Source: a candidate division WOR-3 bacterium (GTDB lineage: Bacteria > Hydrothermota > Tepidihabitantia > SM23-42 > JAOAFX01). From it: a DNA stretch of 10,090 bases. Position 1 is the stretch's first letter; the number at the start of each line of letters is the position of its first letter. This document shows, in pieces, positions 1 through 5,932 of the stretch. Both the position numbers and the translations under genes were made by a program. Under the pieces are notes generated by a model, which was given only the letters and a program-made list of their open reading frames with translations, searched no databases and was not told the DNA's origin. The stretch spans positions 1-10,090 of the forward strand of contig JBBILZ010000070.1 in the NCBI GenBank assembly GCA_037444665.1, read 5' to 3'.

Positions 1-2062
1 CAGGATATGTCTTCCAGAAGATATCGTATTCTGCAAGGGGCAAGGCTTTGTCAACAAAAGTTGTCACGAGCCCTGAGGCATTGACCGGATAGATGGATGG
101 AGTAGCGGGTGTTTCGGAAAGATTTGCCCAGTAGAAAGTTGGTGGGAAAATTCCTAAGTATCTCGCACCTCTATACACCTCCCCATTATTTTCATTCTGC
201 CAGACCACAAAGACTGAATCACCATAGGTCTCAACAAAGGGATGGGACGATTGAAGACCTTTGTCTCCAAATCTATTGCCCCACACATCCCACCTTCTCT
301 GTCCTGGTGTCCTTGTGCCGTAATAAATCGTATCGCCGTGCATCCAGGTAGCATGCAGGGTGTTCAAGTAGTCTTCTGCTACTGCAGGAAAATCCAGTGT
401 CACCATATTCAGACCCGTGCTCTGCTCAACCCTTATTGTTTGATAGTTCTGAGGCGCAGTGATAGGAAATTTTAACTCAGTAATGGAATTAATCGCAAAT
501 TGCTGATTATAAAGTCTGACCAGAATATGGATAGATTCAGCAGGTGTTGGGTCATAAGTATTGGCAATTATGACAGGATGGGAGGGTTGTTGATTTAAAT
601 CAAAGTTATATTGTGTGGTCTGCCAGCCCTGGGAAGGGTCTTTGCGACTGTAGTAGAGAACATTGCCATTTGTCCAGGTTACGCAAGGATTATTCTGGGA
701 ATCCAGACAAATTGCAGGAAATGCACCATTGCCTATATTAGCGGGTAAACTCCAATTCTTACCACCATCAGGTGAATACCGATAGATAATTGCCCCGGTA
801 TTCATATATACCAGATGCAATTCTTCTGTGTTTGGCTTACGAACCAGATGGCGATTATTATTATAGGCAAGGGCTAATGGGTCATTGGTCCAGAGGGCAT
901 GGTCTCCTAAAAATTTTGCCCAGATGCGGTCATTATTGGTTTGCGCAAACCAGCCGGTGAAACTTACGAAGACCAAATCTTCTGGTCCATGACAAATTCG
1001 TGGCTCATATTGCTGACCTGATGCGGTGGAGACCGGAAAAATTTCACCTACAATACCATTAGTATCAACATGCACTCCGCACAAATCGCCCGATTCACCA
1101 TCTTCCCATATTACGACCCATTGCTGGCCATTCCAGGTGACTTTTGGATTAATCTGGTCACCAACTTGCTCGGTCAATAAAATGCCTCCTGGGTCAAGAA
1201 CAATTCCTGCTGGAGTAACCCGCGCTCCATAGATATTGGTGTTTTCTTGCCATACAACGAGATAATTTGTGCCACTGAATGCTACATCAGGCTTATTACC
1301 GCTGTCATCGATTTGGAAATGATCAAGTACTACCCCTTCTTGTGTAATTCTACTGCCCCAGACTCCGTAAAAAGATTTATACACTACGAGATAGTTTATG
1401 CCATCATAGGCACAGGATGGAAAGGCAGCCGCAAAGTCATCAATCAGAAATCCATCCAGAAGATCAATGGTTTGTATCATCCCATTAGCAGTAGAGATGC
1501 GCGCTCCCCTTACCTGTATGTTCCGATGTTGGTCATCTAAAACATTCCATACAAGCAAATGGTAATTTCCACCAAAAACCGCATCGCTTAATGCGGTAAG
1601 ACGTGCCCAAATTACTGGTTGCCAAATCGGTACACCCTCGGGGTAGATGACATTTCCTTGTGGTGATACTAAGGTTAAAAACAGCCAGCTGGTTATTTGT
1701 TGTTGCTCTAATCGTCCATCATCCCAGGCAATCAAATAATTAGCACCATCAAAACTAACGCAAGCTCGGTTTTGAGAAGAATAGGCGACAGAAATTGGAA
1801 ATACACCCGGTTCAAGAATATAACCGCCAGGTGAGACTATCGCACCATAAATATCGCCAATATCACTGCGACTGTCGGTCCATACCGTAAGGAAGTTATT
1901 GCCGTCATAGTTGCAAGCCGATGAATATTGGTTGTAGTTTTGTTGCGCGGGATCAATCAACATATCTTCTATGACCGATGCTTGGGCAATGCCCATCAAC
2001 ATAGATGTGAGCATTAATTTTTTCAAAATATAGATTATTGTTTTTCTTATTTTTTCCTCCAT
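1..2062 (-). CDS. Large putative secreted repeat (beta-propeller-like) protein, 3'-truncated by the window edge (at least 687 aa); not in the supplied ORF track
   Basis: Translated by hand: ATG at 2062-2060 with GGGAG 4 nt upstream and no in-frame stop down to position 2. N-terminus MEEKIRKTIIYILKKLMLTSMLMGIAQA/SV resembles a signal peptide (A-Q-A cleavage motif). Residues ~45-387 contain repeats such as YDGNNFLTVWTDSR..DIYGAIV, SFDGANYLIAWDDGR, AYDGINYLVV, PDVAFSGTNYLVVWQENTNIYGARVTPAGIVLDPGGI and TWNGQQWVVIWED. The later part has an Asp-box/BNR motif SPDGGKNW (775-752) and P-A-I/V...H/C-x-T-W blades. Confidence 0.92.
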   Translation of the reverse strand, partial: MEEKIRKTIIYILKKLMLTSMLMGIAQASVIEDMLIDPAQQNYNQYSSACNYDGNNFLTVWTDSRSDIGDIYGAIVSPGGYILEPGVFPISVAYSSQNRACVSFDGANYLIAWDDGRLEQQQITSWLFLTLVSPQGNVIYPEGVPIWQPVIWARLTALSDAVFGGNYHLLVWNVLDDQHRNIQVRGARISTANGMIQTIDLLDGFLIDDFAAAFPSCAYDGINYLVVYKSFYGVWGSRITQEGVVLDHFQIDDSGNKPDVAFSGTNYLVVWQENTNIYGARVTPAGIVLDPGGILLTEQVGDQINPKVTWNGQQWVVIWEDGESGDLCGVHVDTNGIVGEIFPVSTASGQQYEPRICHGPEDLVFVSFTGWFAQTNNDRIWAKFLGDHALWTNDPLALAYNNNRHLVRKPNTEELHLVYMNTGAIIYRYSPDGGKNWSLPANIGNGAFPAICLDSQNNPCVTWTNGNVLYYSRKDPSQGWQTTQYNFDLNQQPSHPVIIANTYDPTPAESIHILVRLYNQQFAINSITELKFPITAPQNYQTIRVEQSTGLNMVTLDFPAVAEDYLNTLHATWMHGDTIYYGTRTPGQRRWDVWGNRFGDKGLQSSHPFVETYGDSVFVVWQNENNGEVYRGARYLGIFPPTFYWANLSETPATPSIYPVNASGLVTTFVDKALPLAEYDIFWKTYP

Positions 2063-2067
2063 TTTAC

Positions 2068-2088
2068 TCCCTGTATCTGCTACAGGGA
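2068..2088 (-). promoter_or_regulatory. Perfect 8-bp hairpin that sequesters the Shine-Dalgarno sequence of the large CDS
   Basis: Minus strand reads TCCCTGTA-GCAGA-TACAGGGA-GTAAA-ATG; the GGGA of the SD lies in the 3' arm. Confidence 0.6.
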
Positions 2089-2097
2089 TAAGACATT

Positions 2098-2121
2098 TTG
2101 CGTAATAAATCACGCAACTAC
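2098..2121 (-). repeat. GTAG-type REP-like palindrome (GTAGTTGC family)
   Basis: Minus strand GTAG-TTGCGTGAT-TT-ATTACGCAA, 9-bp stem with one G:T pair; related copies at 4401, 4473 and 9989. Confidence 0.8.
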
Positions 2122-2129
2122 AATCAACC

Positions 2130-2154
2130 GGACAGGGACAAGCCCTGTCCCTAC
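2130..2154 (-). repeat. GTAG-type REP-like palindrome (GTAGGGAC type)
   Basis: Minus strand GTAG-GGACAGGG-CTTGT-CCCTGTCC, perfect 8-bp stem directly after the GTAG tetranucleotide. Confidence 0.8.
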
Positions 2155-2173
2155 AGACCTGACATTATATTTT

Positions 2174-2199
2174 TCTGCTCCGATGCCAGGCGGAGCAGA
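2174..2199. other. GC-rich 9-bp hairpin without a downstream U-tract
   Basis: TCTGCTCCG-ATGCCAGG-CGGAGCAGA; followed by AAAAT on the minus strand and CTCAAAC on the plus strand. Confidence 0.6.
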
Positions 2200-2247
2200 C
2201 TCAAACAAACCTTATAAACTCGGCAAAGAAATAACCTTCAGATTTTC

Positions 2248-2267
2248 TAAGATAAGATAAGATAAGA
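2248..2267. repeat. Perfect pentamer tandem repeat (TAAGA)x4
   Basis: taaga taaga taaga taaga read directly. Confidence 0.9.
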
Positions 2268-2287
2268 CATACTCAATCCTATATAAT

Positions 2288-2315
2288 ATTATAATTGTAT
2301 CATTTAAAAAGTCAA
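2288..2315 (-). promoter_or_regulatory. Sigma70-like promoter for the large secreted protein gene
   Basis: TTGACT (2315-2310), 16 bp, TATAAT (2293-2288). Confidence 0.7.
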
Positions 2316-2330
2316 TAACCAATTACCATT

Positions 2331-2540
2331 TCAAACAGCAGTCTTTATTTTTACAATTTCATTATCACCAATGTGGCATAAAAAAATTGTATATCTTTTA
2401 CGGGTCATAAACTCTTCAAAAATCTGCTTTTCAAAACTGAAGACATCGCGCCACACACCATCAACCATTACCCGCTTTGGTATTGATTTATTGTCTTTGC
2501 CTGAACACCATTCTACATTCTTTTCATCTAAAATCTTCAT
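2331..2540 (-). CDS. Small hypothetical protein, 69 aa (possibly DUF6504-like)
   Basis: ATG preceded by AGGGAG; co-oriented 39 bp downstream of the permease stop; protein-like composition. The family assignment is only a visual resemblance (V-x-W-C-S-G...P-x-x-V-x-V-D-G...V...F). Confidence 0.7.
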   Translation of the reverse strand: MKILDEKNVEWCSGKDNKSIPKRVMVDGVWRDVFSFEKQIFEEFMTRKRYTIFLCHIGDNEIVKIKTAV

Positions 2541-2542
2541 TC

Positions 2543-2584
2543 TACTCCCTACTACTTACTACCTACTACATACTACATACTATT
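2543..2584 (-). repeat. Heptamer tandem repeat (NGTAGTA-like)x6 filling the permease to 69-aa intergenic space
   Basis: Minus strand AATAGTA TGTAGTA TGTAGTA GGTAGTA AGTAGTA GGGAGTA. Confidence 0.9.
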
Positions 2585-3389
2585 CTTTCAATCCGCTTCT
2601 TGCATAGGATTCCATTATCTGACGCTGGACAAAGAAATACAGGATTATTAATGGCAGGGTGGTAAATGTTGATGCGGCACAGAGCAGTGGATAGTTTGTT
2701 GATTCTGCCTGGGCAAAATAGGCAAGACCGGTCTGGATTGTGCGCATTGAGTCTGAATGGGTGACGATCAGGGGCCATAAAAAAGAGTTCCAATTTGTAA
2801 TAATCTCAAAGATGCCGATCGTTATGATTACTGGCCTGGAAAGCGGTATAACAATATATCTGATTATCTGCCAGTGGTTCAATCCATCTATTTTTGCTGC
2901 ATCAAAAAGTTCCTGGGGTAATGTTTTGAAGTGCTGCCTTAACAAAAATATTGCAAAGATGTTCACACCCCAGGGAATGACCAAGGCGAAGAATGTATCA
3001 ATAAATTTGAATTTGCTCAAGATCACATAAGAAGGCGCAAGATAGACCGGCATAGGAATCATCATCATTGCCAGGAATAGTGTAAAGATTATCTCACGGC
3101 CAGAAAACTTTAAGCGGGCAAATGCATAGGCGCTGAGCACTGTAGTAAAATATACAAGCAATACCGCACCAGTTGTCATAATGATTGTATTAATGAAGTA
3201 TCTTGTAAAATCAACCTGTCTGAATGCCTCAATAAAGTTGCTGAAGATAAAATTTTTTGGGATAATAGTGGGTGGAAATTTCAGTGCCTCATCCTGGGTT
3301 TTGAGCGATGTAGAGACCATCCAGAAAAAAGGAAGGACCATCCAGATTGCGCCAAAGATAAGGATGATATGTATCAATCTTTTATTCAT
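2580..3389 (-). CDS. Carbohydrate ABC transporter permease (MalG/UgpE-type), 269 aa
   Basis: Hydrophobic helices, P-F-F-W-M-V-S-T-S-L-K N-terminal motif, AYAFARLKF, EAA loop LFDAAKIDGL, WNSFLWPLI; start overlaps the upstream stop by 8 nt. Confidence 0.95.
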   Translation of the reverse strand: MNKRLIHIILIFGAIWMVLPFFWMVSTSLKTQDEALKFPPTIIPKNFIFSNFIEAFRQVDFTRYFINTIIMTTGAVLLVYFTTVLSAYAFARLKFSGREIIFTLFLAMMMIPMPVYLAPSYVILSKFKFIDTFFALVIPWGVNIFAIFLLRQHFKTLPQELFDAAKIDGLNHWQIIRYIVIPLSRPVIITIGIFEIITNWNSFLWPLIVTHSDSMRTIQTGLAYFAQAESTNYPLLCAASTFTTLPLIILYFFVQRQIMESYARSGLKE

Positions 3390-4314
3390 AATATACCCGC
3401 TCTTCTAAGAATCTTTTCTGGAACTGGGTAAGGGTAAAGATGATGATAAAAACAACAAAGGCAATAGCATTGGCATAGCCGAGGTTCCATAAACGAAATG
3501 ACTGTTCATAGAGATAATACACAATTAAACTTGTGGTTCCTAAAGGACCACCTGGTGGCTGTGTCATCACATATACTGGCGTAAATGTATTAAATGCGAT
3601 TATTGATTGGGTTATCAAAAGATAAAAGATTGTGGGTGATAGAATCGGAATCGTGATATGCCAGAATAGTTTTATTCCTCTTGCACCGTCAATCTTTGCT
3701 GCTTCATAATACTGGGCAGGAATATTCTGAAGGCCGGCAAGGCAGATTATAATACAATATCCAAGATTGTGCCATATTGCCATTATCATTAAACAGCAAA
3801 GGGCGATTGATGGACCGGCAAGGATGCCTGATAACTTAGTATTTAATAGAAATTCAAATATACCCCTTGAATCATTTAACCATTTTAAGCCTTCTATACC
3901 GAATAGATTAAAGATGGCATTAAAGATTCCACGGTCAGGATTGAATATCCATCTCCAGACCACACTGATTGCAACAATAGAGGTGACAACAGGAAGGTAA
4001 TAGATTGTTCTATAAATTCCCTGCCCTTTTATCTTCTGATTCAAAAAAACGGCGATGATAATAGAGATAATAATAGTCAGAGGCACAACACCGAGGACAT
4101 ACCAGCAGGTATTTAACAATGATTGATAGAATTTGGGGTCAATAATGAGCCGATAATAATTTTTAAACCAGATAAATTTTAATGGTCCAGCAATGGACCA
4201 GTTATAAAGGCTCATTCCGATTGCCTGGATAATTGGATAGAACCGAAAGATTAAGATTATCAATAAAGAAGGTAATAAAAAGAGATAGGCAATCTTATCA
4301 ACCTTCTTCTCCAT
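3382..4314 (-). CDS. Carbohydrate ABC transporter permease (MalF/UgpA-type), ~310 aa; start revised from TTG 4347 to ATG 4314
   Basis: AYLFLLPSL, YRTIYYLPVV, EAA loop LAGLQNIPAQYYEAAKIDGA, GYANAIA. The track's TTG at 4347 is the first half of a TTGACA -35 box, and MEKKVDKIAYLFLLP gives a family-typical N-terminus. Confidence 0.93.
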   Translation of the reverse strand: MEKKVDKIAYLFLLPSLLIILIFRFYPIIQAIGMSLYNWSIAGPLKFIWFKNYYRLIIDPKFYQSLLNTCWYVLGVVPLTIIISIIIAVFLNQKIKGQGIYRTIYYLPVVTSIVAISVVWRWIFNPDRGIFNAIFNLFGIEGLKWLNDSRGIFEFLLNTKLSGILAGPSIALCCLMIMAIWHNLGYCIIICLAGLQNIPAQYYEAAKIDGARGIKLFWHITIPILSPTIFYLLITQSIIAFNTFTPVYVMTQPPGGPLGTTSLIVYYLYEQSFRLWNLGYANAIAFVVFIIIFTLTQFQKRFLEERVYYE

Positions 4315-4319
4315 AATAA

Positions 4320-4347
4320 ATGATATACCAAAAAAATTATATGTCAA
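4320..4347 (-). promoter_or_regulatory. Sigma70-like promoter, probably giving a leaderless permease mRNA
   Basis: TTGACA (4347-4342), 16 bp, TATCAT (4325-4320), 5 nt, ATG (4314); no SD present. Confidence 0.7.
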
Positions 4348-4400
4348 TTACTGATTTGTCTGAGCCATTTTTACTCTCTTTTAATATTTTTAAAATTTTT

Positions 4401-4473
4401 GTAGTTGCCTCATTTATGAGGCTTTTTTATAGATTAGAAAATTTAATCTACTACCGATAAATCGGGCAACTAC
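4401..4473. repeat. Inverted pair of GTAGTTGC-family REP-like palindromes (REPIN-like doublet)
   Basis: Plus strand 4401-4422 GTAGTT-GCCTCAT-TT-ATGAGGC; minus strand 4473-4452 GTAGTT-GCCCGAT-TT-ATCGGTA; AT-rich spacer between them. Confidence 0.82.
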
Positions 4474-4485
4474 AATTGGGGAAAT

Positions 4486-4530
4486 AATCCCCCTCGGTCC
4501 CCCTTTAGCAAAGGGAGAGGTAGGGGGATT
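4486..4530. repeat. C-tract/G-tract nested palindrome
   Basis: AATCCCCCT (4486-4494) pairs perfectly with AGGGGGATT (4522-4530); inner stem CCCTTT-AGC-AAAGGG. Confidence 0.75.
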
Positions 4531-4531
4531 T

Positions 4532-4553
4532 GCCTTTGCAAGCGGGCAACCAC
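4532..4553 (-). repeat. Degenerate REP-like copy (GTGGTTGCCCG...)
   Basis: Plus strand cgggcaaccaca versus cgggcaactaca in the intact copies; the stem is largely decayed. Confidence 0.45.
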
Positions 4554-4623
4554 AGTTTTATACAGAGATGATTTAATCTTTGGCAAAAGCAGAGCATAAG
4601 TTAGAAAAGTTGATAGCAGTCAG

Positions 4624-4651
4624 TTGATTTGAATATCCAATCAAATATAAT
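4624..4651 (+). promoter_or_regulatory. Candidate upstream sigma70-like promoter overlapped by an inverted repeat
   Basis: TTGATT (4624-4629), 16 bp, TATAAT (4646-4651); inverted repeat TTGATTTGA-ATA-TCCAATCAA (4624-4644, one mismatch). Confidence 0.45.
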
Positions 4652-4678
4652 GCAATAATAAAATTTGTTAGAAAACAC

Positions 4679-4706
4679 TTGAAATTTTATGAAAAATTTC
4701 TATAAT
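4679..4706 (+). promoter_or_regulatory. Sigma70-like promoter of the DUF512-der-plsY-gpsA operon, probably leaderless
   Basis: TTGAAA (4679-4684), 16 bp, TATAAT (4701-4706), 5 nt, ATG (4712); no SD present. Confidence 0.7.
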
Positions 4707-4711
4707 TTTAT

Positions 4712-5932
4712 ATGCCAATAGTAATTGAGTCAAATGATGCAAGATTCCCTGCACGGTCCAGAATACTCAAAATCAATAACCATTTAATAAATGATATATT
4801 TGACTACCAATTTTATAATGACTGCTCAAAACCAAGGCGTTTTTTGATAACATTCAAAGGCAGGCACAAAACAATCTTTATAAATCCAGGTGAAGATCTT
4901 AGATTGGTGCTTGAAGAACAAGGATATAAAAGATGCGAAAATGATTGTGATTACTGCTTTATCAAAGGGCTGCCAAAGGGTTTGCGAAAAGAATTGTATT
5001 TTAATGATGATGATTATCGGCTCTCCTTCTTATTTGGAAATTTTTTAAGTCTTACCAACTTAAAAGATAATGATATAAAACGGATTAAAGAACTTAGATT
5101 ATCGCCATTATATGTATCAGTGCATTCTACTGACCCTGAACTACGCACGCAATTATTTAAGAATAAAAGGGCGAGTTTGATAATGGAGCAATTAAAAGAA
5201 CTTGTAGCAGCAGATATCCAAATTCATTGCCAGATTGTTGTTATTCCTGGTATCACTGATGGCAATAATATAATACGAACCGTGAATGAACTTGCTGGTT
5301 TGTATCCAAATATTAGTTCTGTAGGTATTGTGCCTGTAGGCAAGACAAAATTTCTCAGCAGAATACCTGCAGTTAATAAAAAACTTGGTTTGAAGATTAT
5401 TGAACAGGCAATGCAGATGCATAAAAAATTTAAAACGAGATTAAAAAAAGGTTTTGTCTATCTTGCTGATGAATTCTTTATCATATCAGGCACTGCCATT
5501 CCAGAAAAAGAATACTACGATGATTTCTCTCAGTATGAGAATGGCATTGGTATGGTCAGGCAGTTGCTTGATGAAATTAAATCACTGAGACTCAGGAACA
5601 GCATCGCTGGAAGGTTCCTTTTTATTACAGGTAAACTTGCCTACCCTTATATTGAATATCTCAAGGAAAAACTTTCCAGTAAAAGACTTAATATAGATGT
5701 GGTGCCTGTACCAAATAAATTTTTTGGAGATTCAGTTACTGTTTCAGGACTGCTTACAGGTAATGATATTGATGTTACAATTAAAAAACTTAATAAAAAA
5801 TATGACCGCATTGTTCTGCCACCCAATTGTGTTAATGATAATGGCAGATTTCTTGACGATTATAAATTTGAAAAATTAGAATATCTTGTATCACCTTATT
5901 CAATAAAGGAACTTTTATTATGGCTACAGTAG
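4712..5932 (+). CDS. DUF512 domain radical-SAM-like Fe-S protein, 406 aa
   Basis: CxxxCxxC motif CENDCDYC, LPKGLRKELYFNDDDYRLSFLFGNFLSLTN, LSPLYVSVHSTDPELR, SVGIVPVG, YLADEF, QYENGIGMVR, NKFFGDSVTVSGLLTG; typical position upstream of der. Confidence 0.92.
   Translation: MPIVIESNDARFPARSRILKINNHLINDIFDYQFYNDCSKPRRFLITFKGRHKTIFINPGEDLRLVLEEQGYKRCENDCDYCFIKGLPKGLRKELYFNDDDYRLSFLFGNFLSLTNLKDNDIKRIKELRLSPLYVSVHSTDPELRTQLFKNKRASLIMEQLKELVAADIQIHCQIVVIPGITDGNNIIRTVNELAGLYPNISSVGIVPVGKTKFLSRIPAVNKKLGLKIIEQAMQMHKKFKTRLKKGFVYLADEFFIISGTAIPEKEYYDDFSQYENGIGMVRQLLDEIKSLRLRNSIAGRFLFITGKLAYPYIEYLKEKLSSKRLNIDVVPVPNKFFGDSVTVSGLLTGNDIDVTIKKLNKKYDRIVLPPNCVNDNGRFLDDYKFEKLEYLVSPYSIKELLLWLQ

Noticed and set aside
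109..1540. Short track ORFs 109-351, 154-354, 242-475, 1026-1232 and 1247-1540
   Set aside because: All lie antisense to or out of frame within the large minus-strand CDS, which has clear repeat motifs; they are shadow ORFs.
1..2062. Horizontal transfer of the large CDS, which looks more GC-rich than the housekeeping genes
   Set aside because: Not quantified; can be explained by Gly/Pro/Trp/Ala-rich versus Lys/Ile-rich protein composition; no mobility genes or att sites seen.
2174..2199. Intrinsic terminator or attenuator
   Set aside because: The T-run precedes the stem on the plus strand, so there is no 3' U-tract in either direction.
2063..2287. Known riboswitch class (c-di-GMP, TPP, SAM, cobalamin, T-box)
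   Set aside because: I found none of the conserved aptamer signatures by eye, and two of the hairpins are explained as REP-like repeats; an Rfam search is needed to exclude this fully.
2371..4000. Track ORFs 2371-2607, 2477-2665, 2566-2793, 2740-3030, 3181-3408 and 3767-4000
   Set aside because: They overlap the permeases or the 69-aa gene; the LLPTTYYLLHTTYY-type stretches are simply the heptamer repeat translated.
4315..4347. 11-codon N-terminal extension of the permease from TTG 4347
   Set aside because: It coincides exactly with the -35, spacer and -10 of a promoter, has no SD, and ATG 4314 gives a family-typical N-terminus.
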